A stretch of DNA of 64,000 nucleotides, taken from the NCBI GenBank assembly GCA_965153285.1, contig OZ229129.1. The stretch is one strand, 5' to 3'. This document shows positions 12,990-25,418 of the stretch, piece by piece (positions within the stretch are counted from its first letter, which is position 1; each line of letters begins with the position of its first letter). The stretch is from Podarcis tiliguerta (lineage: Eukaryota). The notes below the pieces were generated by a model. That model saw only the letters and a program-made list of their open reading frames with translations, was not told the DNA's origin and ran no database searches. The position numbers were made by a program, and so were the translations under genes.

Positions 12990-15262
12990 TTTAGGGCATC
13001 AGAAACTAATAGTTTCATTTCTCCTAGTCAAGTGAGAAAGAAAATAAATGCCTGAAGGAAGAGAATAATCACTCAGTTATGAGGATAAGTAGCTGAAGAA
13101 AGCATTGCAACTCCTCATGTTTCTAGAATACCTACTCACAAAGAATATTTTCAATCACTAAAATTGATTGATTTTGACATGGATAAAATGGGTATTTCCC
13201 AAATCCAGTGACTCTTGAAACACATCTGAATTGTAGTTTATTAAAACCTCTTGAAAGATAGATTAATTATATTGGGGGGGGGATTTATTATATGGGAGGA
13301 GGGTGTTGGTCATCTACAAAGATCAGGCATTAAATCTAGGGACGGCTGGATCAATCTATTTCTGTTCCATATCAATTTCACACATGTTTATTCATAACCC
13401 ATCTCCGCCCTGCTTATTCATTAATCTGTGATTTTTTTTTTAAAAAGACACAAATATTCAACATAAAATATATATTATTACAAAATATGTATTTTGCATC
13501 AATATATGTATCTCTGAACAAATTTTATGCTAAAATTCACCTTTGTAACGTGTTTTGTTTTGCTTGTTGGTTTGCTTTCTGATGGAAAAACTATGTCACA
13601 GATTTTGGAAAAGTGCAAAACCAGAAGGATAAGTAGTTGTAATCTACACATCAATCCTTTTGATGAGGATGAAGTCAGCTCACATCGGAATTCACAGAAA
13701 TCAAATTCCTCAAGCACTCGTCATTAAATCCTTATCAAGTATCTTTCTTGGGATGTTCGAGAAATGTGCAAGAATGAAGTGAAGCTCCATCCCAGCTACA
13801 ATTAAACAATCTCTGGGCTCCCGTGTCCTCCTCAAGTGCTTTAGGCAAAGGGCGAAAAGCCAGAGAATCAATGGGTACAACTGCAGCCCACTATCCCAGC
13901 CCAGGATTTAAACAATCCCACAATGCTATTTTGAGTGTTAGCAGAATTCTTTCCTTCTGTGGGGAAGAATGATTGATTAGCGGACAGCAAGGGAAGGCAT
14001 ACTTAAGAGGTAAGGGAAGCACGTGGGGAAAGGGGAAATAATCCTACTCTGGAGAGCCATTATAAGGAGAGGATTGTGATGGCACCAAATCCTCTTCTAG
14101 CTCCATATATGAGTTTTTAAGCTCACATCTTGTTTATCAGAACACCTGGAAGGCAATTACCGGGAGAACATGCCGCAGTGCAGCATAGAAGGGGCAGGCA
14201 TAGGTGTAAGTCTGGCTCAGTGCCATACAGAGGTCTATAGGCCTTTCTGCTCATGTCCAGAAATGCCACAAACTCTTCTCTACCTGCACCATGTTTGGCC
14301 AGCATTTTTAAATTGGCAATCTATGTCATATGCCACAGTTAGGTGGCAAAATGTTAACCAGGGTGCTAGTCTGCATGAAATATGTGGTTTCTATACCAGC
14401 TCATAAGAGAGTTGGATAAAACCTAGAGGCTGTCTGTTGAGATCACAGGTCTGTGTTTGAAAGAGTAGTTATTTATTCCTAAAGTGCTATGGAACTCCTT
14501 GCCCACTGACATTGGGCTGGTGCCCTCATTAGGGACACCTGCTTAAAAGCTTTGTTTCTACAAGCCAACCCAGTTATATAACTTAGTTACCTATATGTGT
14601 TGTGAAAATTGGTTTCTGGGTTTTAGCTGTGTTTTATTTGCACAACTGCATTTATAGCCCACTTGGAGAGCTCCTTGATCAACCGGTTTATAAATCTTCT
14701 AAATAAATAAAACTATCCTACAGAATATATCCATAGAGCATCTTCAGCTCTTTCCCCAGAGTTTCCATAGTTTGTAGTCTATAACAAGCAACCCATGGAG
14801 TGGGGAGAATTAAGCAACAATTGTTTCCAGTAGAATACTCAAAAGTACACAAGTGTTACGCAAGGAAATCTAGCTACCTTCCTCCTGTGTGGGCAAGGGG
14901 ATAGCCTAAGCAGACATTACTTGCGTGTACAGCAAATGTGCACAGGAGGGGAGGGGGATCGTGCTTGGCAGGCCCCCAATTTCTGCCTGCATCTAGCATA
15001 ATGTCAGCATAGAGCAGGGGTGGGGAACCTGTGGCCCTCTGGATGCTGCTGGGGCTCCCAATTCTCAACAGGCCCAACAAAGCATAACCAATGGTCATGG
15101 ATCATGGGAGTTGAAGCCCAGCAACATTTGGAGGGTTGTAGGTTTCCCATCACTAGAGCTCATTTGCATCCAAAGTAAGATGTGTGTGAGCTCTGTGAGT
15201 GTGATCAGCAACCCTTGCAAGGTTGGCAGGTGTGATTCCACCACCTCCCGTACACATGTTCA

Positions 15263-15493
<231 letters not shown>

Positions 15494-15804
15494 TTATTTT
15501 CCTGCATAATTATTTTTTATGCATTTTACAGTCAGGCTTATTCAAAGCAAGATATGGAAAGTAGGAGGATAGAATTTAATCCAGAAGGACCCTTGACTGC
15601 AAAATCCAGGCTGGATAATGAAACAGCACCATAACAGTGCAATCCTATTCATGTTTGTTCATAATTAAGTCCTAGGGGGCTTGCTTTGGTAAATGTCCAC
15701 AAAAATGCAACTTTACAGAACACTGCTCCTGTAGGCTAAGGGCATGTGCATTACTTGATAATGTATCATTTAAACCCAAAAGGTATGAACAGCCTCCATG
15801 GGGT

Positions 15805-16364
15805 TGTCAGGGACGATTGTCAGGAATATATCACATGAAGTAAGCAAAGTTAAGTCTTTATTAGAAGAAACAAGGTCAGCTCAAGAGTGCCAGGTCTAAT
15901 GAGCACAGCCATTCTTCTTGGTAAAACTTGCCCCTAGGAGGCAGTTGTGGAGGCTGAAGGTCCCCACCTTTTCCACAGCTGCCTAAATCTCCTCCCCCGG
16001 GTCCTTCCAAAGCACCTGTGCACCTCTCTCTGCTCTTCCTGCTTCATACCTCCTCTGGTCCTGGGAGACAAGAAGGGGGAGACACCCTGGCTTCTTCACC
16101 AGCCTAACTCATCCCTGGCTCTTGGCCTCCCTCTGCTCCTGCTTCCACCTTTGCTTCTGATTCTGGACTTCTCTCTGACACAGGCTCTTCCTGCTCTCTA
16201 AACCCTGTTACCTCTTCAACTTCCAACACCTCTCAAACTTCTCCCTCTGACCCTTCTTCATCATCATCCCACCACCAAACTCTGGGCTCTGAGCTTTCTA
16301 TCCTTGGGTTTCCCTGTCGGCTTCCCCCCTGGTGCCTCCCTCTGTGTTCAGCCAATCCATGACA
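15805..16364 (-). mobile_element. Decayed solo LTR (Gypsy-like)
   Basis: Termini TGTCAGG...CCATGACA (left start at 15805 or 15818); minus-strand AATAAA in the context AAGTCTTTATT, shared with the LTR at 30189; purine-rich minus strand; no intact TSD. Confidence 0.65.
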
Positions 16365-17037
16365 AACTGGAAATAGTCCTGTGCATCAGTTCAGGACTAG
16401 AAAACCCATGACCTTCCAGGTGTCATTGAACTTCACCTTCCACCACCTTCCTGTTTCACAGTGGCTGATGGGAACTGGAGTCCAACAACATTGGTGTGTG
16501 GGGGTGTGCATAGGTTCCCCATCTCTGCATTTAGTGGATCAAGTTGTTAGGCAATATGATACAAAGAAATATCGGTTTTGCTAATAAGCAAATTTAACCA
16601 ATAGCTTAGTTCAGCAATTGACTAAAGCTTGTATTGATAGACACCTCTTTAATTCCTTTGCAGCCTTTTTGTTGCATAAAAGAGTGAATGAAATGTAGAC
16701 TTCACTGAGGCACAATTGTTAAGGACTTCAGACAAAGCCCTCATGCAATCAGGGTGATGCAGAGAGTGGTTAATATACCTTTATACAACAGGGTGGAACC
16801 CACTACCTTTAAAGAAGTAGAGATGTACCCACTCCTCAAAAGCCCTCCCTAGGCAGCCTTGCAGCATCTAATTCCTTCAGGTAGAAAGAAAGTAAGCACA
16901 AAGGCATGGAAATGTATCCAATGATAGTCTTGCTCAGAAGAGAACCATGAAATTAACCAACATGGCTAACTTAGGTCCATTAATTTCAATGGGTCTATTC
17001 TAAGTAGAACTTAGTTGGATACCACTCATGCCTTATG

Positions 17038-17236
17038 CAGACAACTCCCAATTTATGCAGTGGTTACCTATGAAGGCACTGTGCATTTAAGTGAAATCAC
17101 ATATATTTGAAACATCATTGAGAAAGCCTGTAAACACCCTGTTCCACCCCACCCCACCCCTTTTTGTGACATTTTGGGGTCACTGCCAGGTTCGGAGTGA
17201 TGTGCGTATGAATGTATGTAAATGGGGAGTTGCCTG
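17038..17236. mobile_element. Tigger-like MITE inserted in a SINE tail
   Basis: CAGACAACTCCC ... GGGGAGTTGCCTG|TA inverted termini; it splits the gcctta..caggatcagacc SINE tail. Confidence 0.65.
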
Positions 17237-17238
17237 TA

Positions 17239-17394
17239 CAGGATCAGACCATTGGTCCACCTAATCCTGGGCTGCTAATGCTGAATGGCAGCTACTCTCC
17301 AACATTTCAGACAGGAATCCTTCCCAGCCTTACCTGGAAATACCAAGGATCGATCTTTTTCATATAAAGCAGCTCTACAGCTGAGCTACAGCTC
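17239..17394 (-). mobile_element. Squam3-like SINE
   Basis: Reverse complement of the 3234 SINE type (cagaccattggtccac...ctgagctacagc). Confidence 0.6.
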
Positions 17395-17440
17395 TTTCTC
17401 CTTAACTGTTGTGATGTTCATTAAAAAAACTGCTGGACGA

Positions 17441-17615
17441 TGGGAAACAACTCAGTGGCAGAACCCAAGGATTCATGTGCAAAAGGTACCAGATTCAATC
17501 CCTAACAACTCCAGGTAGGGTTGGAATAGATTCCTGTGAAAATCTGAAGAGCTGCAACCAATAGCCATTGTCAACAAGACCGAGCTAAGTGGACTCTGTT
17601 TGAGGCAGCTTCCTC
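17441..17615 (+). mobile_element. Squam3-like SINE
   Basis: actcagtggcagaa...gattcaatccct...ccaggtagggttgg...gagctaagtggac...ggcagcttcct. Confidence 0.6.
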
Positions 17616-18459
17616 AGGGCTGGATCCAGACTTAGTTATGCTTCATGAAGGACAGTAGTTCCCAAACCTTTTCAGCCACTCACTTTGGTTCCATAAACTC
17701 ATCCCCAGTGACCCCAGCCCTACCTTATAAAAAGCAATATTCATAATAGCAGTTTGCACAACCCATTAAAGAAGATAATAACCCAGTAACATTCAAAACA
17801 GTAACAATTAATTGCACATTTATTCAAAATCCAATGAAAACTACTTAGTTGAATTAAGCTTTTCAAAGTATAATAGTCATTTATACACAGAGACATCCAG
17901 GTCACCCCTCTTCTCACCTGGGAGGGTGATACCACCCACCCAAGTTCCTGGCGTGTTGCCGCCAATCAGAACAGACAATATCCAAGAATAAATGGCCTGA
18001 CGGTTTGAATCCGTGTACGGCAGATACAAATGTCTCCAGGAGCAATCTGGAATGCTCACATGTAATCAAAAACACTGTGCATGAACTAATCCCAAATGTT
18101 ACATTCATCCTTATTAATTTAATTGCTAAACCCTTACTAAACAATGATCTGGCTACAATTTCTGCCCAGGATTCCAACCTTCACACTTATATTAATTGAT
18201 AAATGGTTTTCCTGCAGCAGTTGTTAGAGCCAGCAACAATATACCATGTCAGCATGCGAGAGCAACTCCTTCCAGACCCCACGCTTCTCTCCAGTCTCCC
18301 AGCCCTTTTTAAGATCTATAATGTGTTCACACTTTAATTTTCAGCTAAGAGATGGCCTGCAACAAGTTGTCCTATCTTTTCAGTTTGCATCACTCTGAAC
18401 AGCAGATAAGAAAACGGTCTTGGCCTCTCATTACACTCTCACCATTGTGGCAGAAAGTA

Positions 18460-19505
18460 CCATATTTTTCGCTCCATAAGACACACCTGACCATAAGATG
18501 CACCTAGTTTTTAGAGGGGGAAAGCAAGGAAAAAAATATTCTGCGCAGAGCATGTAAGTAGCTCTCGCTTTTTTTTGTTTTAAACCCTTCTGTCCCTCCT
18601 CCCGCTTCACTGAGAAGCCAGGAGAGCAAGCTGTGCAGCTCTCGCTGAAGCCAGCACAGCAAGAGCATTACCTGCGCAGCGCCTCTTCTGCTAGCTTCCC
18701 AGCAAAGCGGGATGAGGGACAAAAGGGAGCCCTTACAAGGGAGCGCTGAGCAGAGCCTGGCAGCGGCTCTTGGGGGCTTTTCTGTGAGGTGTGGGAAGGG
18801 ACAGAGGGCAGCCCATCAGTCCCTTCTCCCACCTCGCAGAAAAGCCCCCAAGAGCCACACACACGCTCTGCGTGGCTCTTTAAAGGGAGCGCTGAGCAGA
18901 GCCTGTATGCATCCCAGATGCGAACGCAGGTGGGAGGCTGTGCTCAGCGCTCCCTTTAAAGAGCCGTGTGTAGCATGTGTACGGCTTTTGGGGGCTTTTC
19001 CACGAGGTGGGAGAAGGGACTGACGGGCTGCCCTCTGTCCCTTGCTGGCTTTTCCCCGAGGAGGGAGAAGGGCAGCCCATCAGTCCCTTCTCAGGGAAAA
19101 GCCCCCAAGAGCTGCACACACACTAGGCTCGGATCTTTAAAGAGCGTGTGGCTCTTGCTGGCTTTTCTGGGAGCTGGGGGAAGGGACAGAGGGCAGCCTG
19201 TCAGTCCCTTCCCTCACTCCCAGAAAAGCCCCCAAGAGCCATGCTCCCTTTAAAGAGCCGTGTGGAGAGTGTGTGCGGCTTTTGGGGGGTTTTCCTGAGG
19301 AGGGAGAAGGGCAGCCCATCAGTGACGGGCTGCCCTTCTCCCTCCTTGGGGAAAAGCCCCCAAAAGCCACACACACACTCCACGCGGCTCTTTAAAGGGA
19401 GCGCTGAGCAGAGCCTCCCGCCTGCATTTGCTCCATAAGACGCACACCCATTTCCCCTTACTTTTTAGGAGGGAAAAAGTGCGTCTTATGGAGCGAAAAA
19501 TACAG
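18460..19505. mobile_element. Tc2-like non-autonomous DNA transposon (family B) with fold-back internal repeats
   Basis: TA|CCATATTTTTCGCTCCATAAGAC ... GTCTTATGGAGCGAAAAATACAG|TA; interior built from alternating direct and inverted GGGGGCTTTT/AAAAGCCCCC and GGGCAGCCCATCAGTCCC units. Confidence 0.88.
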
Positions 19506-19584
19506 TAGGTTTAAAGGGTCGTCGAGTAAAGTTTAAAAGAACAGTCAAATCTATATAAATGGGTGGTGAAATGTTGTTACAAAA

Positions 19585-20010
19585 TATAATAATAACAATA
19601 ATAAATTTTATTTATACCCCACCCTCCCCGGGCTCAGTGCGGCTAACACCAATAAAATCACAGTAAAAACATAATGGGGGGGGGGACAATTTAAAATACA
19701 GGTTAAAATGCAATTTAAAATGCAGCCTCATTTTAAAAGTAGCCGATAAATCAAGACCATAAGGGGAGGGAAACATAAGGGTCAGACTGAGTCCAAACCA
19801 AAGGCCAGGCAGAACAGCCTTGTCTTGCAGGCCCTGCGGAAAGATGTCAAGTCCTGCAGGGCACTAGTCTCTTGTGACAGAGCGTTCTACCAAGTGCGGG
19901 CCAGTACTGAAAAGGCCCTGGCCCTTGTTGAGACCAATCTAACCACTTTGCAACCTGGGACCTCCAAAATGTTGTCATTTGTGGACCTTAAGGTTGTCCG
20001 CGGGGCATAC
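19585..20010 (-). mobile_element. L2-like LINE 3' end
   Basis: (AAT)n tail followed by tttatttatacccc..., then a typical reverse 3' ORF2 remnant (aggccaggcagaacag...gcgttctacc...gaaaaggccctgg). Confidence 0.6.
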
Positions 20011-20506
20011 TAGGAAAGGGAACTGGCCACTGCTTCCCTTTAAATATCAATTAAGTGCTCATGCTTCAGTAAGGGAAACCGGCACACACCTCTTCTCAAT
20101 TGAGGCTCCCTCTGCACTACACTTTAAAGCAGTATCACCCCACATTCAACAGCCATTGCTTCCCCAAAGAATCCTGAGAACTGTAGTTTGTTAAACTCCT
20201 GAGGGTCATTAGAAGACCATTTACAAGAGCTACAATTCCCAAAATGGTTTAACAATCAACCCAGCTTCCTCAGAAAATCTAAGAACTGTAGGCCTGTGAA
20301 GGGAATAGAGGCCTCATCCTGCAAGTGTCCTTCCTTCATCAAACTATGGAGAGGGAGCCAAACTTATGAGGAGAGACTGTAGAGGGAGCCAAACTCATGA
20401 AGAAAGGCTCAGTAGAAAAACATATACTTTGCATACAGAAGGTTCCATGTTCAAATGCCAGAATTTCCAGCTAAAAAGATTCCAGACAATAGGAAACCCT
20501 CTAGAG

Positions 20507-20644
20507 CAGCCTTTCTCAACCTGTGGGTCCCCAGATGTTGTTGAACTACAACTCCCATCACCCCCAGCTAGCAAGGCCAGAGCCCAGGGATGATGGGAGT
20601 TGTAGTCCAACAACATCTGGGGACCCACAGGTTGAGAACCGCTG
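20507..20644. mobile_element. Near-perfect palindromic hAT-like MITE
   Basis: CAGCCTTTCTCAACCTGTGGGTCCCCAGATGTTGTTG...CAACAACATCTGGGGACCCACAGGTTGAGAACCGCTG; flanks ctctagag/cagtagag form a degenerate 8-bp TSD. Confidence 0.8.
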
Positions 20645-21440
20645 CAGTAGAGGCACTTCCCCTAAAAAGCAAACATTACAAGCATAAAAAGACCAACACG
20701 CCTGTCCCACAGGGTTGTTGTGGGGGTGAAGAAGGTAGGGGAGAAGCCATGAGGGCCTCCTTGAGCTCCATGGAGGAAAGGTGGGTATAAATAATAATTA
20801 AACCAATAAAGTAATTAAAACAACAGTAACTCAAAACATCAGTACAGTACAACAAACCACGGAGGAAAAGCATAGCCAAGATTATTACTAAAAGCTATCA
20901 ATCAACAAATGCTTGATGAAAAAGATAGGTATTAAGACTGGCATCAAAACACAATTAAGGTTTGTGCCTGTTGCACTTCAGAGAAGAGCAGATTCCAATA
21001 GCTGAATACAACAACGGAGAAAACCCTCGCCTTGCATTGCAGGGGGTTGAGCTAGGTGACCCCTTGGTTTCTTCCAAATCTACAATTCTGTGATCTAGCC
21101 TGGACTTTCCTATATCCCACCATAGCCAACACCCTATTTTCTGATGGCAAGAAGGATTTCACTGCAAAGATAGTTACTATGAGCCATCAGCTCCCTATGT
21201 GCTCAGTTCCAAGAAACCCAGACCCCTTCTTCTAACTCTAAATTAGCATGCACCAAACAATTCCAGCAAAAATTAAACAGCACCTCTTTCCAAACAATGG
21301 CATTAGAGACCCATAAGTCTCTGGCAATTTTAATTGCCCTTTTGATTAAGAAGCAATGTAGCTGAACAATCAAGAAAAGCAGACATGAAACCAACAGAAT
21401 AGGAGAGGGCTGGAAGCCCTTTGCATTGCTGATACATTAC

Positions 21441-21612
21441 TTTTGTCCCCTCCTGGAAAGATGGAACGGAGCCGAGCTTTCTTGTTCTTCTCTTCTGGAG
21501 CCATTGGGAGAGGTTTGGAGCCGTGGTTCACTGCTGAAGAATCGCGGTTGTTGCTGTTCATTCTCAGTGGAGGGGCTGGAGGTTTCTCTTCAGCATCCAG
21601 ACTATTTGACAT
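21441..21612 (-). CDS. PAK3: PAK3 first coding exon (172 nt coding; Nck-binding PxxP motif). Exon probably starts at the acceptor at 21634.
   Basis: ATG at 21612; [57 protein letters not shown]; donor A|gtaatg at 21440; polypyrimidine acceptor cttcctgtcttaccag| 22 nt upstream of the ATG. Confidence 0.96.
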
Positions 21613-22405
21613 CTTCAGCAGCCCTCACAACCTCCTGGTAAGACAGGAAGAAAGAGGTTCTGGTGGTGAGAGCAAGAAGGGTAAGTCCCAGAGTAGGGCC
21701 AGGAAAAACAAAAAAGTTGGAAGAAGCCTGGAGAAATCTGATTTTGATCCTACACCAGGTACCCGATGCCGCACCACTGACAAACCCAACTGCAACCGTT
21801 CTGAGCAGCAGAACTCTGCAGATGAGGCAGTAACCGCAAGCGCTTTCTCTTCTTCTGGCGGCTCAAGTAGGGAAACAAGAATCATTATCAGCTTTCAAGG
21901 ACACATTCCAGCCAAAGTGAAGCGCTCAGTTCAATTCAATATGAGCTTATTATTCTTGCCAAAGGTCATGAGGAACCCAGAGCAATATTACCAAAAAAAC
22001 ATGGATCATACATGGATGTTGGCTCATATTTTGGATGTATGGTTGCAAATTACACCTCCGAATCATCACAGCAATGCATAGATATTTTAGCTAACTTCTT
22101 TTTCCTGATTCTTTTTCTTTTCCCTTTCCTTCCTTCCCCCCTTCTTCTTTTTTCAGCCAGTGCATAGAAGGCCACTCTGAATGTGACAAAGTTATTACTG
22201 AAACTCAAAAGAAACTGCACTGTTTCTGCCAGGGTGTACCTGCTTGCTTGTGTGAACAGAGGTTTCAGAAAGCGATCTCTGGGGTATCTATATAAATAGT
22301 CTAAAACATCTCAACACACTATTTTCCAAAGTTGGTTATCACCAAATTCCATATAGCACAGCACAGGAAACACTCAATATGCATAGCAGCAATTGTTAAA
22401 ATATA

Positions 22406-23039
22406 CCGTATTTTTTGCTCTATAGGACGCACTTTTTCCCCTCCAAAAATGGAGGGGAAATGTTTGTGCGTCCTATGGAGCAGAGGGGAGGCAGGCAGGA
22501 AAAGCCCCCAAAAACCGCACACAAGCTCCGCGCGGCTCTTGCGGGCTTTTCCTCAGGAGGGCGAAGGGACTGACGTGGCCAGTCTAAAAAGGCTAAAAAG
22601 GCCCCGCGCACCCACTCCTGGCTGGAGAGGTGGCGCGCAGCTATGGCAGCAGCCTCTTTAGCCACGTGCCACCTCACCAGCTGGGAGAGGGTGCGCGGGG
22701 CTAAAGAAGCCATAGCCCCGGGCTTCCCCGGCAGCCTCGAGAAGCTCGCGGAGAAGCGGGAAGGCTTCACGCCTTTCCGCTGCTCCCCGACCTGCTCTTT
22801 GGGGCTGGTGGTGGGCTTCCCCCCGCCAGCCCCAAAGAGCAGGTCGAAAGGAACCTGAAGCCTGGAGAGCAAGGTAGCCGCCTGAAGGTGACTGAACACA
22901 CCTTGAACGGCACCTTGTTTTAGAGCTGGAAAACAAGAGGGGGAAAATTCTCCCCCTCTCTGCGCAGCGCCTCCTGAGATTTTTTTCCCTTGTTCTCCCC
23001 CTCTAAAACAATGTGCGTCCTACAGAGCTAAAAATATGG
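22406..23039. mobile_element. Tc2-like family B element
   Basis: TA|CCGTATTTTTTGCTCTATAGGACGCAC ... GCGTCCTACAGAGCTAAAAATATGG|TA; CpG-rich interior. Confidence 0.88.
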
Positions 23040-23379
23040 TACTTTAACTAAGTCCAGTCTGCTCTTGCCTTAATTGTTAGCCACTCAGATTCTGTATGAA
23101 GAAGAGCTGCTAATAATCCTGATGGTAGAGAGCATAAGCTTCTGAACAAAAGTATTCTTCAGAGTTTCCAAAACTTTAATCAGAGACTGAGATTTCAACA
23201 CCATAGAGCATTTGAGCAAGCACTTTTCTACCTTTAGGGCAGGTTCCAATCAGCTGTCCTCCCTTGTTGTAACAGAACTTTATCAATGCCCCTATGGTCT
23301 TCTGTGCTTTGACTTTCACTGTCTCTGTATGAAACTTCCAAGAGAGTGTTTTGAGTACACCCAGACCTAGGGGCGATTA

Positions 23380-23602
23380 CAGTGGTACCTCGGGTTACAT
23401 ACGCTTCAGGTTACAGACTCCGCTAATCCAGAAATGGTGCTTCAGGTTAAGAACTTTGCTTCAGGATAAGAACAGAAATCGGGCTCCGGCGGCGCGGCGG
23501 CAGAAGGCCCCATTAGCTAAAGTGGTGCTTCAGGTTATGAACAGTTTCAGGTTAAGATCAGACCTCCGGAACGAATTAAGTATTTAACCCAAGGTACCAC
23601 TG
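23380..23602. mobile_element. MITE family A
   Basis: TA|CAGTGGTACCTCGGGTTA ... TAACCCAAGGTACCACTG|TA. Confidence 0.92.
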
Positions 23603-25043
23603 TATAGAAAAGCAAACTATGATACCTTTAGCTCTCCTTTTAATATATCACAACTGACTAGAAAACATCTAGAAACATTCTTTCCTGGAACCTGTCAGGT
23701 TGGGAATAATAAGATGGATAAGGAGGCTGAAGACAGCAAAGGTAAGAGAAGGGAGGGGAGGAGTGGGTGAGAAGGCGGGGAAGGAAGGGGTCAGTGGCAG
23801 GGAGAGGGTGGGGTGTGCCCGGAATTTTTCCTCACAAAAGGTTGGGAGGGTTTCAACTAAGGCTGAGCTCCACCTGCAATCTCTGCTGAGCAGCACATGA
23901 GGTCCCAAGGGGTTACAGGTGCTCACTCAGGGCCGTGTTTCCACTGAGAACCCCAACATGACAGAGGCGGTAGTGCCTTTTAAGAAATTACACATATTTA
24001 CTTTCAGTTTAGATGAAACGGGTGCAGACCTTACAGCACTGTGAACTCAAGCTTGTTCCTCACAGCAGCCCAGCACTACAGACAAAGCCACCCTAAAGCA
24101 CCACCACCCCTTTGTTCCTGCTTCCCAGCCAGCTCTGACAGCTGCAGCCCTTTCTTGTTCCCAGAAACCCCTGCTCCAAACAACTCCTCCCCATCCATCT
24201 GCTATTCCAAGCCTAGTTTTAAAAGGAACACTTTTCTTGTGAGCACAGCCTGCCCCTTCCGCTTTTTTCAATCCTAAACCCACGGTAAGCATGGCAACTC
24301 TTTTGCGCAGGCCCTGTGATTTATCTGGGATAGGTCATCAACACCTTTTGTCACGGTAACGCCCTCCATCACAGGTGAGGCCTTGGCCTGGAACAGAAGC
24401 TTAGCTTGTATTTTCTTCCCTACAATACTCCAAATATTATCTACATACTACCCTGTATTATTTTCTGCTAATCAGTAACAGACTCTGGTATCCTTGCTAT
24501 AACAATATGCCTGGAAGAGACTTGGTCTCAAGTTTTGTCACAAACACCTTGCTGTACCTTTCAGCCAGCCAGCTGTTCAGAAATCTTAAAACGGCTGAAG
24601 AAGTGGGGGCTTGACTTCGTTTATGTCGCTTGAATTGACAGGGAGAGTTTGGAGAGCACATTTTGGGATTCAAAATATATTTTGCCACATCAAAACAAAA
24701 CTGAAGTAAGAACCTTACTCTTCTGTAGAAACACCTACTTTCCCCCTACTAATAATCTGTCACCACCATGATTTGGTCATATTTAACATTCCTACTGGAA
24801 CAGATCAATCATAAATTCCCCCCAGCATTTACACTGTGTGGGGATTTTAATGCCCAAATAGGAGGAATTGCGTAGGGTCTCTTGCTACCTTTAGGCTTTG
24901 ACTTTGAATATATATTTATAACGTTTCATTTTTACTTTGGGCAAGAAATATAATGCACAGAGCCTGAAATTGTTGGAATTTGTATTCCAACATGTTTTAT
25001 ACATCCTTCACGGGAGTCCTGAAGCCATTTCTAAGAGTCAGTA

Positions 25044-25248
25044 CAGTGGTACCTTGGGTTACATACACTTCAGGTTACATATGCTTCAGGTTACAGACTC
25101 CCCTAACTCAGAAATAGTACCTCGGGTTAAGAACTTTGCTTCAGGATGAGAAGCCCCATTAGCTAAAGTGGTGCTTCAGGTTAAGAACAGTTTCAGGTTA
25201 AGAACGGACCCCCGGAACAAATTAAGTACGTAACCAGAGGTACCACTA
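25044..25248. mobile_element. MITE family A (internally deleted)
   Basis: TA|CAGTGGTACCTTGGG ... AGAGGTACCACTA|TA. Confidence 0.9.
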
Positions 25249-25269
25249 TATACTTAATTTAAACAAATA

Positions 25270-25418
25270 GGGATAGCTCAGTCAATAGAGCATGAGGCTC
25301 TTAATCTCAAGATTGTGGGTTCAAGCCCATGTTGGGGTGAAAGATTCCTGCTTTGCTGGGGCTTGGATTAAACAACCCTAGTGGTCCTTTCCAAATCTTC
25401 AATTCTATGATTCCATGA
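25270..25418 (+). mobile_element. SINE with tRNA-Lys-like head and CR1-type tail
   Basis: GGATAGCTCAGTC..TAGAGCATGAG.CTCTTAATCTC...GGGTTCAAGCCC; tail ggtcctttccaa...ttctatgattccatga. Confidence 0.75.

Noticed and set aside
18504-19438. Many overlapping ORFs on both strands and a repeat-spacer-like appearance
   Set aside because: These arise from the GC-rich inverted-repeat interior of a Tc2-like MITE. The units are irregular and inverted, there are no unique spacers or cas genes, and the DNA is eukaryotic, so this is not a CRISPR array.
21443-22081. 212-aa plus-strand ORF
   Set aside because: It is antisense to the PAK3 first coding exon, starts at TTG and has no recognisable protein features.
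22406-23039. CpG island or PAK3 promoter just upstream of the ATG exon
   Set aside because: The CpG-rich sequence lies entirely within a TIR-bounded transposon with a TA TSD. CpG content reflects the young age of the insertion.
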